A DNA stretch of 64,000 bases from Candidatus Anderseniibacteriota bacterium (lineage in GTDB: Bacteria; Patescibacteriota; Andersenbacteria; UBA10190): positions 66,182-130,181 of the forward strand of contig JBBDZC010000008.1 of the NCBI GenBank assembly GCA_040900375.1, read 5' to 3'. Positions 1 through 9,185 of this stretch are shown here, piece by piece (positions within the stretch are counted from its first letter, which is position 1; the number at the start of each line of letters is the position of its first letter). A program made the position numbers and the translations under genes. Under the pieces are notes generated by a model, which ran no database searches, had not been told where the DNA came from, and saw nothing but the letters and a program-made list of their open reading frames with translations.

Positions 1-73
1 CCATTACAGCCAAGAGGCGGCGAACGTGTTCCTCTATTAAAACTAGGGTTTGGGCATCAAAATCTTCAGTCAT
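1..73 (-). CDS. Possible 5' end of an unidentified gene downstream of yidC (partial, runs off the window)
   Basis: An ATG (complement of 71-73) overlaps the yidC stop in an ATGA arrangement. It opens a 24-codon frame with no stop to the window edge. I cannot identify the product. Confidence 0.2.
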   Translation of the reverse strand, partial: MTEDFDAQTLVLIEEHVRRLLAVM

Positions 74-822
74 ATGGTCGAGGGAGTAGTGGTAAGATGG
101 AGTCTCTTTTTAATAATATACTGCTGACCAATTGCCAAGATAGTGGAAACTAACCAGTATAAAGCTAAAGCGGCGGGTAACTGTAAGCTGATAAACACTG
201 TCATCACCGGAAAAATGTACATCATATTGCGCTGCATTGAAGCCATCATTTGCTCACTGCTTTCATTGAGGCCAGGGGAAGATGGGGGGGTGGGAGTAAA
301 GAAGCGCATTTGAATAAATTGGGCGATACCAGCAAGGATGGCTAACAAGAGACTAGGATTCGAGAGAGGGATTCCCAGAAAGGATGACTGGAGCGTGGCG
401 GGTGATGACACGAAGGGATACAAATGTTGAAATGTCTCTGGCCCTAAGCCAATGAAGAAAACTCGGTACAAGGCAAGTAAAATTGGTAACTGGATCAAAA
501 GAGGGAGGCAACCACTGGCAGGATTGATGCCAGATTTTTTGTACAAAGCCATGGTCGCTTCGGCTTTTTTGGCTTTGTCATTCTTATGCTTTTCTTGAAT
601 AACCTTGAGCTCGCGCTGTAAGTCGGCCATTTTTCCCTGATTTTTTTGGAGTTGCTTAGCATGATGCCAGGCCGAGGGTAATAAAATCAGTCGCGTAATA
701 AATGTAACAATAATAATGGCCACTCCCACGCTATGCGTGGGTAATATATTCGTGACGCCCACTAAGAGATTAAAGAGGGGGCGAAAAAGGACCTCATTAT
801 ATAAAAAGGTAAAAATATTCAT
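70..822 (-). CDS. yidC: Membrane protein insertase YidC (short Oxa1-like form)
   Basis: The 250 aa product is multi-TM and has a YidC-like conserved core. Its position in the rnpA-yidD-yidC block supports the call. Confidence 0.85.
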   Translation of the reverse strand: MNIFTFLYNEVLFRPLFNLLVGVTNILPTHSVGVAIIIVTFITRLILLPSAWHHAKQLQKNQGKMADLQRELKVIQEKHKNDKAKKAEATMALYKKSGINPASGCLPLLIQLPILLALYRVFFIGLGPETFQHLYPFVSSPATLQSSFLGIPLSNPSLLLAILAGIAQFIQMRFFTPTPPSSPGLNESSEQMMASMQRNMMYIFPVMTVFISLQLPAALALYWLVSTILAIGQQYIIKKRLHLTTTPSTI

Positions 823-863
823 AAGGCTATATCAGTGATACTCCTGTCAGACATTCTGTCAGC

Positions 864-1187
864 TTATCTCTTAGCCGGATGTCGGCCAGTATTAAGAGAG
901 GTAGCCACGCCGGCGGGCGGGTAGTCAATGCCCCCCGTGGTAAAAGGATGGCAACGCCCTAAGCGTTGTAATCCTAGCCAGAGGCCGGCCCATCCATGGA
1001 GTTTTACTGCGCGGCTCATATATTGTGAACACGTGGGGGTAAAACGACAGACACCGCCGGGAAATAAGCCGCGCAGTAAACCATGATCCGGTGAAAGAGT
1101 GGCTCGGTAAAGAGCCAGCACCCACAAAAGAGCAGTTAAACTGATCGTGGACAGAAAAAAATAGATGGGTCTTTTATTGCGACTCAT
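864..1187 (-). CDS. yidD: Membrane protein insertion efficiency factor YidD
   Basis: The 107 aa product has a Cys-containing YidD-like core (…CRFTPTCSQY…). It lies between rnpA and yidC. Confidence 0.8.
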   Translation of the reverse strand: MSRNKRPIYFFLSTISLTALLWVLALYRATLSPDHGLLRGLFPGGVCRFTPTCSQYMSRAVKLHGWAGLWLGLQRLGRCHPFTTGGIDYPPAGVATSLNTGRHPAKR

Positions 1188-1527
1188 GACGTAATTGTTT
1201 AAGTTGGGGCCAAATCTTCGCTCGTATTGCTTCCAGGGTGGTTGCGTTTTTTATAGCCGGCAACGCAATCCAAACCATATCATACGCCTGATCTTTAAAA
1301 ATATCTCCCAGTGCCTCACCCGCTAACACTCGCAGCCATCGTTGGTAGTGATGACGAACTACTGCCGACTGATCAACCTTACGACCAACAATACAGGCAA
1401 TTCGGGAATAGGCAGCAGAAGAGCTTTTGGCATGGATACGCACCCAAGAGGTCGAAAGAACTCGTCCCTGTCGAATCGTTGCCAGAATATCTTTCTCGCT
1501 CCGCAACCGTCTCGCCGCAGGTAGCAT
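1174..1527 (-). CDS. rnpA: RNase P protein component
   Basis: The 117 aa basic protein sits immediately downstream of rpmH on the minus strand and resembles RnpA. Confidence 0.8.
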   Translation of the reverse strand: MLPAARRLRSEKDILATIRQGRVLSTSWVRIHAKSSSAAYSRIACIVGRKVDQSAVVRHHYQRWLRVLAGEALGDIFKDQAYDMVWIALPAIKNATTLEAIRAKIWPQLKQLRHESQ

Positions 1528-1547
1528 AGAGACACTTAAAAGAGCAT

Positions 1548-1685
1548 TTAGGCTACCGGTGCTAGTCGTTTTCGTCCTTTTTGACGGCGACGGGCGACTA
1601 CTTTCTTTTTGCGTTTGCGGGAGAGAAAACCATGGCGACGAGCACGTCTCCGCTTGCTCGGTTGGTAGGTTCTTTTAGTAGACAT
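1548..1685 (-). CDS. rpmH: 50S ribosomal protein L34
   Basis: I translated the reverse complement by hand. It gives MSTKRTYQPSKRRRARRHGFLSRKRKKKVVARRRQKGRKRLAPVA (45 aa) plus a stop, a typical L34. The ORF track misses it because it is under 60 aa. Confidence 0.85.
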   Translation of the reverse strand: MSTKRTYQPSKRRRARRHGFLSRKRKKKVVARRRQKGRKRLAPVA

Positions 1686-1873
1686 ACACTTAAGCTCTGG
1701 ATAATGCTAAACAGTGGCCTCATAATACTTATTATTTTATTTTTGGTCAATTTATACACACTTTCTTATCATTATCCCCAACTTTTCCCCAAAAAAATGT
1801 TGATATTCCTGTATACACCTGTGGATAACTATGTTACGCTGGGGGGTGCTTTATAAAGACAGTAGGATTTTTC
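1686..1873. promoter_or_regulatory. rpmH-dnaA intergenic region with DnaA boxes (candidate oriC part or dnaA autoregulatory promoter)
   Basis: The region is AT-rich. It contains a perfect box, TGTGGATAA, at 1820-1828 and a one-mismatch box, TTATCCCCA, at 1772-1780. Confidence 0.5.
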
Positions 1874-3277
1874 ATGAATCAAGACCAATTATGGAAGGCA
1901 GCGCTTGGTCAACTTGAGCTACGGGTAAGCCAGGGTAATTTCTTAACGTGGTTTCGTGAGACAAAAATTAAAGAAATTAAATCAGGTACAGCACTGATTG
2001 AAACACCATCAGCCTTTGCTCATGAGTGGTTATCGCGCAAGTATCAACAACCGATTCTGGAAATTCTTCATGATTTAGATGGTGGCGTGCAGCACGTACA
2101 GTTTTGTATCCAGTCGCCTATTAAAATGCATAAGCCACTCAAAAAGAATTCTCGGATCCTCGTGCAGAAAAATCGTCCGGCTACTTTGCCCGATAGAATC
2201 CCAACACCCGTGTCCATGCCCGCCCCACCTACACCGACTCCTAACAGTAAATTTGCCAAGACGCTTAACCCCAAGTATACCTTCGAAACATTCGTGATTG
2301 GTCCTAATAACGAAGTGGCTCATGCTGCCTGTCGGGCCGCTGCCTCTAAGCCGGGCGAAGCCTATAATCCACTCTTTATCTACGGCGGGGTTGGTTTAGG
2401 TAAAACCCACCTTCTCCAAGCAGTAGGCAACGCCATTCTCAAAGAGAAGCCGGGAGCAAGGGTCCTTTATGTTTCTTCAGAAAAATTCATTAATGAGTTT
2501 GTTCAGTCTATCCGGGAACGCAATACACAGAAATTCAAGGAGTATTATCGGGATGTTGATGTTTTAATTATTGACGATGTGCAATTCCTCGCTGGTAAAG
2601 GCAAGACTCAAGAAGAGCTTTTTCATACTTTCAATAGTCTTCATAGCCAAAACCGGCAAATTATTTTAAGTAGCGATCGTTCTCCTAAAGCTATTGCTAC
2701 TTTAGAAGAACGGCTGCGCTCGCGACTAGCAGGGGGAATGCAAGTTGATATCCAACAACCGGATTACGAAACCCGGCTCGCAATTTTAGCAGAAAAAGCC
2801 GAGACTTCTCACGTAAAAATTGACCCCGAATCTCTCGCTTTTATTGCCAAAAATATTCAGAAGAATGTGCGGGAATTGGAAGGGGCTCTTAATCGAGTTA
2901 TTGCTCACTGTGAGCTTAATAATCGCCGGGCAACTTTGGAATATACTGAAAAGGTCTTAGAAGGAATCCTTGATCAACCACAACAACGTACTGTGGACTC
3001 TAAGAAAATCCTTGATGTGGTGAGTGTTTACTATAATTTATCCCTTGATGATTTGTGTGGAAAATGCCGCAAGCAGGAGATTGTTCGTCCTCGTCAAGTA
3101 GCAATGTATCTTCTCCGTAAAGAAAATAATGTTTCTTTTCCCTCGATTGGTGATCAATTTGGTGGGCGAGATCACACAACTGCCATGCATGCTTGTGAAA
3201 AAATACAGAAGCTTCTGGAGCATGACGAGGAGTTACTTCAGGATATTAATTTTATTCGTGAACGACTGTACGCTTAA
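1874..3277 (+). CDS. dnaA: Chromosomal replication initiator DnaA
   Basis: The 467 aa product has an AAA+ Walker A (GGVGLGKTHL) and a C-terminal DnaA-box-binding domain. Confidence 0.95.
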   Translation: MNQDQLWKAALGQLELRVSQGNFLTWFRETKIKEIKSGTALIETPSAFAHEWLSRKYQQPILEILHDLDGGVQHVQFCIQSPIKMHKPLKKNSRILVQKNRPATLPDRIPTPVSMPAPPTPTPNSKFAKTLNPKYTFETFVIGPNNEVAHAACRAAASKPGEAYNPLFIYGGVGLGKTHLLQAVGNAILKEKPGARVLYVSSEKFINEFVQSIRERNTQKFKEYYRDVDVLIIDDVQFLAGKGKTQEELFHTFNSLHSQNRQIILSSDRSPKAIATLEERLRSRLAGGMQVDIQQPDYETRLAILAEKAETSHVKIDPESLAFIAKNIQKNVRELEGALNRVIAHCELNNRRATLEYTEKVLEGILDQPQQRTVDSKKILDVVSVYYNLSLDDLCGKCRKQEIVRPRQVAMYLLRKENNVSFPSIGDQFGGRDHTTAMHACEKIQKLLEHDEELLQDINFIRERLYA

Positions 3278-3560
3278 AATTTAGGTAGTATTCCAGGGGA
3301 TAAAAGTGAGGAAAACGCTGTTAATAAAAGAGGGTTATTTCATATGTTATCCCTACTTACTAGAGGTGGGGTAAGTACTTGGGGATATAGTGGCTATTCA
3401 TCCACTCTTTATCCTAAGAATATCTCCAGACTTACACACAGTTTATCCTCAATATAAGACTAGTAACAAAGCTAATAAATAAGTCTTCCCCCAGATTTAC
3501 TCTTACCTACTACTATCTACTACTACCTTTATTAATTAGATATGTTTAAAGAAGAATTGT
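3278..3560. promoter_or_regulatory. dnaA-dnaN intergenic region, candidate oriC (DnaA-box variants plus AT-rich unwinding element)
   Basis: Four TTATCC(C/T)N variants occur here (GGGGATAAA, TTATCCCTA, TTATCCTAA, TTATCCTCA). A very AT-rich tract lies next to the dnaN start. Confidence 0.45.
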
Positions 3561-4664
3561 ATGAAATTTATTTGCACGAAAGAAAATTTAGTAGAGGGAT
3601 TAAGTAAGGTAGTTCCTTTGGCGGGGCGAAACACTCAACTTCCTATATTACAAAATATTTTACTGCAGTTACGAGATGGAGTTTTACACCTCACTAGTAC
3701 TGATCTTGAGATTGGGATTCATACTGTTGTCCCAGGAAAAATTGAGGATGAGGGATCATGTACGGTCGTAGCTCGAAAATTTATGGAGTATATTCAACAA
3801 TTACCACCACTAAACCCTCTTAAAATTGAACTTAAAGAGAGGCTTATGAATGTTAGCACTACTGGATTTAACGCCCAATTCCCTACAACTGCCGATGATG
3901 ATTTTCCTCTCCTACCTCGTGCCACCTCGTCTCGGGAAATTACTCTTAAAGCTAATAAGTTTTGTCAGGGATTAAATCGGACTATTTTTGCGGCAGCTCG
4001 AGATGATACCCGTCCAGAAATTCACAGTGTCTATACTACAGGCGAAGGTGAGCGTATTTATATTGCGGCGACTGATAGTTTTAGACTAGCGGAAGAGGTG
4101 ATGGGACTAGAGGAGGAAATAGAGTCTTTCTCTTTTTTACTTCCTTTAACTACTGCCCAGGAGGTGGTCCGTCTCTTTACCAACCAAGAGATCATCACTC
4201 TCTTACCACATGATAACTATATTGCTTTTCATGGTGACGGTATTGAACTTTCTTCACGGTTAATTGATGGTAAATATCCTGATTATCGCCAGATTATCCC
4301 TACTAATTTTACTACTACCGGGACGCTTAACCGCCAGGATTTAGTACGAGCCTTGAAGACTTTAGCGGTGTTCTTGCCCCGTGATTCCCGTCGTGTGCAG
4401 ATGGTGGTTCAACCCCAAGCCGGAAAAATAAAATTAGCGGTAGGGGGAAGTGAGTCAGGGGCAGGTACAGTTGATTTAGATTTTACTGGAGAAGGGGAGA
4501 CGTTAGAGATACTCTTTAATATTCAATACCTTTTGGATGGGGTCCAGTATATTCCTGGTGAGGAGTGTGTGGTTAAATTCGTGAGCGCGGTCGATCCGGC
4601 AATGTTTAGTCCTGTGCCTAATTCGACGGTCTATACCTACGTTGTGATGCCTATTCAAGTTTAG
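3561..4664 (+). CDS. dnaN: DNA polymerase III beta sliding clamp
   Basis: The 367 aa product has a three-domain clamp architecture and follows dnaA. Confidence 0.95.
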   Translation: MKFICTKENLVEGLSKVVPLAGRNTQLPILQNILLQLRDGVLHLTSTDLEIGIHTVVPGKIEDEGSCTVVARKFMEYIQQLPPLNPLKIELKERLMNVSTTGFNAQFPTTADDDFPLLPRATSSREITLKANKFCQGLNRTIFAAARDDTRPEIHSVYTTGEGERIYIAATDSFRLAEEVMGLEEEIESFSFLLPLTTAQEVVRLFTNQEIITLLPHDNYIAFHGDGIELSSRLIDGKYPDYRQIIPTNFTTTGTLNRQDLVRALKTLAVFLPRDSRRVQMVVQPQAGKIKLAVGGSESGAGTVDLDFTGEGETLEILFNIQYLLDGVQYIPGEECVVKFVSAVDPAMFSPVPNSTVYTYVVMPIQV

Positions 4665-4667
4665 CCT

Positions 4668-5831
4668 ATGTATATTAAAAACCTTGCCCTCACTAATTTT
4701 CGCAATTTTACCGATGTTGAAGAAATTACTTTTCCCGAGAATTCATTTTTAGTAGCGGCGGCGCCGAATGCTACAGGGAAGACAAATTTTCTGGAGGCGA
4801 TGACAATGTTATTGCGCGGGAAGTCATTTCGGGCCAGCGCCGAGGAGTGTGTCCGATGGGGAGAAGAGAGCTTCTTAGTTCGCGGCCAAGTGGTATCTCA
4901 AGCAGGCGAGGCATCAATTGCGGTCCGCTACTACCTACCTAGTAAAAAGATACGCATTGAAGAAAATAGCGTCCCCGCTTCACCAGTGACGTTTTTCGCG
5001 CACTACCCTTTTGTTCTTTTCTTGCCGGAAGATACTTTTTTGTTTAGCCGCGGCCCAGCGCTCCGTCGTAATTTTCTTAACCACATTTTATTAAGTGCTC
5101 CCACCTATCTGGCGGCACTCGTGCAATACCATCGTGCTTTGAAACAGCGCAATGCTCTCCTTAAAACAGCTCGATCATTTGCTGATGTTGAAGCGTGGAC
5201 ACAACTTCTCATTGAACATAGTGTGATGATCTGGAAACAGCGAGAGGGTTTTGTCAACTACCTTAATACGCATTTAAGCGAGGTATATACTTTATTTGCG
5301 GGGGAAGAATGTGAGCTTCAAGCACGTTTAGTTATGAGCAGCTCGAGTGAGCAGTACCCGGTTAATCTTCAGCAATCCTTTACTCAAGAACAGCGCTATG
5401 GCTACACAATTCATGGCCCACACCGCGATGATCTCGAGGTCACCAGTAAAGATCGTCCCCTCCGGGCAGCGTTGTCCCAAGGACAACTACGAAGCGCGGT
5501 GTTGGCGCTCAAGATTACAGCCTGGCGTTTTTTAAGTACGACGCTGCAAGAACAACCCCTACTCCTTCTGGATGAAGCTTTAAGTGAGTTAGACCATGAG
5601 CGCCAGGGCAGGCTACTTAAAAATTTACCTCCCGCCCAAACTCTCCTTACCTGCACGACTATTCCGCCGATTTTAGAGCAACGTGACAATGTTCATCTGC
5701 TTGATTTACGGTCAATTGCTGCACCGGAAGAAGATTTATCATGGCGGGATAGCCCAGAGCAGGCCGAGGGGCCGGGCGAATTATCTGTGGAAGATGAGGT
5801 AGCTGAAACAGTGTCAACGCCCGTATACTAA
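4668..5831 (+). CDS. recF: DNA replication and repair protein RecF
   Basis: The product has an N-terminal Walker A (APNATGKTNFLEA) and SMC-like signature regions. It carries an acidic C-terminal extension of about 40 aa. Confidence 0.9.
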   Translation: MYIKNLALTNFRNFTDVEEITFPENSFLVAAAPNATGKTNFLEAMTMLLRGKSFRASAEECVRWGEESFLVRGQVVSQAGEASIAVRYYLPSKKIRIEENSVPASPVTFFAHYPFVLFLPEDTFLFSRGPALRRNFLNHILLSAPTYLAALVQYHRALKQRNALLKTARSFADVEAWTQLLIEHSVMIWKQREGFVNYLNTHLSEVYTLFAGEECELQARLVMSSSSEQYPVNLQQSFTQEQRYGYTIHGPHRDDLEVTSKDRPLRAALSQGQLRSAVLALKITAWRFLSTTLQEQPLLLLDEALSELDHERQGRLLKNLPPAQTLLTCTTIPPILEQRDNVHLLDLRSIAAPEEDLSWRDSPEQAEGPGELSVEDEVAETVSTPVY

Positions 5832-5837
5832 ATAAGT

Positions 5838-6107
5838 ATGTTTCATCCTCTTCGGGCACTCTTTCGGCATACTAAGGTTGGCTGGGAAGAGACCGACATT
5901 AAATACTACATCGAGCGGTATTTTCAGAATCGGTTTAAGGCTGGTGTGCTCTACTGCGAAAAAGTTCACGAAGGGGTGGCGGTTATTCGGGTTAATTCTC
6001 CTCTTATCCAACAAGAAGTAGTGCTGTTAGAGTTTGAACTGGCTCGTGAATTACGGAAGCAGACTAACTATATTTTGCGACAATTAATTGTCTATACCTC
6101 ACGATAA
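5838..6107 (+). CDS. DUF721-family protein (the small gene usually found after recF)
   Basis: The 89 aa product has a DUF721-like C-terminal pattern (…GVAVIRVNSPLIQQEVVLLEFELARELRK…). Its position after recF fits. Confidence 0.6.
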   Translation: MFHPLRALFRHTKVGWEETDIKYYIERYFQNRFKAGVLYCEKVHEGVAVIRVNSPLIQQEVVLLEFELARELRKQTNYILRQLIVYTSR

Positions 6108-6131
6108 ATCTTTCCGCGGTCTTAAGGCGGT

Positions 6132-8948
6132 CTATTCAATCGTAATGGTGTGGGCTTCTGTTTGGGTATTATTACCGGTTTTGTCGTAGGCAATGACGAA
6201 GATATAGTATGTACCCGGACCAGGGGAATCAGGCCAAATTACTTCATAGCGATTAGCGGCTGTGGCCGCGGTAGTGCTGGTACGACCAATACGATTAGTA
6301 GTTGTCTGTCCATCTTTCTGATAAAGAACATCTACGAGTTCAATACCGGAATCATCGGTGGCGGTTACCTTAATGGTCTGTGGAAAGTCAGGGGGACTTA
6401 ATTTTTCATTATTGCGGGGAGTGTGAAGCGTGACTCGCGGAGCACTGTCATCAGGATTAATGATGAAGGTTCGGTGGCCGCGGCCAATCAAGTTATTATC
6501 AGTGATAGCTTGAATGAGGAGAGTTTTGCGGCCCGTAAAGTTGCCCGGGAAGGAGAAAGCTGTCTCAAAGGGCTCATCACCGCGGCGGCGAGCAATCTCC
6601 TCACCCTCGAGGAGAAAACGGACTTCGCGGATGGGAAACTTTGAATCAACCTCCACTTTAACAACAACTGGACTACTTTTTAAAATCGAGGTATTGGGTT
6701 CAGTAATGCGCACAATTGGCAAATCAGCGCTACTGGTGATACCACAGGTGGGAGTGGGCAGTGAGCTCGTGTACCGCACCTCGGCCTTTTTCTGATTATG
6801 CTTGTCGCGCCAGGCAGCGACCGCTCCTTCCCAGCGACTAAATTGGGGATCGCTCTCGGCCCGGGCCGGTGGTGGACCTAGGGGCCTACCTTTATTGATA
6901 TAAAACAAAATGCTATGGAGTTCTTTAAAGGTCACCGGTTGGCCAACAGCGACGGGACAGTCAGCGGTGTAAAGGGTCTGGGTCTCTTCTTCCCATTTAC
7001 CTTTCACTTCGGGTAATTCTCCTCGTAAAATGCCGTGAGGAATATCGCGGGAGGGTTCAGGTCGAACAAACTGTTCAATAGCTTTACCAGTGAGAGCGCG
7101 GCGCATAAAAGCGTTCCATAAGGGGGCAGCCGTTAAGCCACTATCAGAGCGGTTGTTCATCGGAGAATTGTCATTGTTACCTACCCATACACCAGCCACG
7201 AGTGAAGGTGTGTAGCCTACGGTCCAACCGTCGCGGAATTCTTGGGTTGTACCTGTTTTAGCGGCCACGGGACGACTACCTAACTGCAAAGGGGTGTTGG
7301 TACCAAAGACAAGGGCGCGGGCGCCATTATCAGAGATGACATTTGTCACTAAACGGGCAATTTGCGCTTCGAGCACTTGCTCGCCGCGTGAGTCTTCATC
7401 TTTAACCTCAAAAATAACGTCAGCTTTATTTTCCACTTTAAGAATAGCGCGGTGGGGATGGCGAATGCCATCGTTAGCAAAGACACCGTAAGCCGAGACC
7501 TCATCCACTAAGCGCACTTCACCGCCGCCGAGCACTAAAGAAAGTCCGTAGCGGTCAGGATCAGACAGTGAGGTCATGCCCAAGCGCTGGGCGAGAGCGG
7601 TTGCTTGCCGGACGCCGACGAGGTAGAGCGTTTGGACGGCGGGAATATTGAGTGAGTTAGCTAATGCTTGCCGCATAGTTACGGGGCCATTCTCGCTTAA
7701 GTTGTAGTTGCGTGGTTTATAACCTTGGCCAAAATCTGTTTCTACATCAACGAGGATGGTCTCGGGGGTAAAACCCGCCTGCCAGGCAGCGGCGTACACC
7801 ACCGGCTTAATCGAAGAGCCCGGGGAACGATGGCGAATTGAGACGTTGACATTACCGTCAATTTCTTCGTTGAAGTAGTCAATCGAACCAGTCATCGCGA
7901 GAATGTTGCCGTTCTTAGGATCGATGGCGACTAAGGCGGCATTGGAAGCTCCGAGCTGGCGCAGTTGTTCTTGTCGCTCTTTAAGCACTTCCTCGGCAAT
8001 CTTTTGGAGCTCGATGTTGAGTGACGTAATCACCTTAAGGCCCCCTTGTTCCACGACGCGCTCGCCATACTCGGCGTCGAGCTGCTCTTTAACATAAAAG
8101 ACAAAATGGGGGGCTTGGATAGATTCTTGGCGAGGCACAAAGACGAGTTCTTCTTTCTTGGCCGCGTCTGCTTCTGCGCGGCTGATCATATTGAGGCCAG
8201 CCATGCGATCTAAAATCAGCTCTTGGCGTTGCTTAAGATCTTCCATGTGCGAGCCATACGGTGAGTAGTAAGTGGGTGCCTGGGGTAAGGCGGCCAGGGT
8301 TGTCGCCTGGGCCAGGCTGACCTCGCTTGCTGGTTTATCAAAAAATGCCTGCGCAGCTGCTTCAATCCCGTACGCTTGGCTGCCGTAAGGGATGTCATTG
8401 AGGTACATCTCAAAAATTTCATCTTTACTAAAGCGCTGTTCTAGCTCGAGGGCGAGCACGGCCTCTTTAACCTTACGGCGGAGCGTGCGTTCGGGGGTGA
8501 GAATAGAGTTTTTAATCAACTGTTGAGTGATAGTCGAGCCGCCTTGGATCCGGCGCCCGGTTAAGGGTTTGAGCACACCGCCGCGCAAAATTCCTTTGAG
8601 ATCAAGTCCGTAGTGTTCATAGAATTGATCATCTTCAGCCGCTAAAGTTGCTTGGCGAATGAAACGGGAAATTTGATCCAACCGCACAGTTGTGCGATGG
8701 ACGTCGCCAATTTCATAGAGAAGATGTTGCCCCGTGGCATCGAAAATTTTTGTCGACTCTGATACACGCCGGGCATCAATATTTTGGGGATTAGGTAGAT
8801 CTTTACTCCACCACAAGACCGTGCCGGCACCCATAAGAAAGAGAACACCGCCGATGGTGAGAAAGAGCGGTAAACCTCGGCGTCCCAAGAGAAGAGGAAG
8901 GGCACGCCAATGGAATTTAGATTGACGGGAAAAGCGCCGCTGGGCCAT
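6132..8948 (-). CDS. Class A penicillin-binding protein (transglycosylase plus transpeptidase) with a C-terminal extension of about 300 aa
   Basis: The product has an N-terminal TM anchor and a GT51 motif (AAEDDQFYEHYG). The transpeptidase motifs SSIK and KTGT are present. The extra C-terminal region is beta-rich. Confidence 0.9.
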   Translation of the reverse strand: MAQRRFSRQSKFHWRALPLLLGRRGLPLFLTIGGVLFLMGAGTVLWWSKDLPNPQNIDARRVSESTKIFDATGQHLLYEIGDVHRTTVRLDQISRFIRQATLAAEDDQFYEHYGLDLKGILRGGVLKPLTGRRIQGGSTITQQLIKNSILTPERTLRRKVKEAVLALELEQRFSKDEIFEMYLNDIPYGSQAYGIEAAAQAFFDKPASEVSLAQATTLAALPQAPTYYSPYGSHMEDLKQRQELILDRMAGLNMISRAEADAAKKEELVFVPRQESIQAPHFVFYVKEQLDAEYGERVVEQGGLKVITSLNIELQKIAEEVLKERQEQLRQLGASNAALVAIDPKNGNILAMTGSIDYFNEEIDGNVNVSIRHRSPGSSIKPVVYAAAWQAGFTPETILVDVETDFGQGYKPRNYNLSENGPVTMRQALANSLNIPAVQTLYLVGVRQATALAQRLGMTSLSDPDRYGLSLVLGGGEVRLVDEVSAYGVFANDGIRHPHRAILKVENKADVIFEVKDEDSRGEQVLEAQIARLVTNVISDNGARALVFGTNTPLQLGSRPVAAKTGTTQEFRDGWTVGYTPSLVAGVWVGNNDNSPMNNRSDSGLTAAPLWNAFMRRALTGKAIEQFVRPEPSRDIPHGILRGELPEVKGKWEEETQTLYTADCPVAVGQPVTFKELHSILFYINKGRPLGPPPARAESDPQFSRWEGAVAAWRDKHNQKKAEVRYTSSLPTPTCGITSSADLPIVRITEPNTSILKSSPVVVKVEVDSKFPIREVRFLLEGEEIARRRGDEPFETAFSFPGNFTGRKTLLIQAITDNNLIGRGHRTFIINPDDSAPRVTLHTPRNNEKLSPPDFPQTIKVTATDDSGIELVDVLYQKDGQTTTNRIGRTSTTAATAANRYEVIWPDSPGPGTYYIFVIAYDKTGNNTQTEAHTITIE

Positions 8949-9024
8949 AGAGAGAGGCGAACTTAACTTTAGATGATTTTAAAACAGTAAGGAAGCAAAG
9001 AGTGGCTACTTCTCGCTATAGGAG

Positions 9025-9033
9025 TTATCCACA
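9025..9033 (+). promoter_or_regulatory. Perfect DnaA-box 9-mer (TTATCCACA) upstream of the PBP gene
   Basis: The 9-mer is an exact match to the consensus. It lies in the intergenic region about 77 nt upstream of the PBP start codon. Confidence 0.4.
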
Positions 9034-9185
9034 GCCGGTCGGCAATAGTAGGTGCCAGGTGAGGCAGGAGTCATGGTAGGTGTACTGTGCCTATTTTGAG
9101 TATGAATGCAAGGGGTCAATAATGATCGCCCCCATCGTGGGGTTTTAGCGGATAATTGTCAAATGGTCTTTAAGACAAGGATGCC

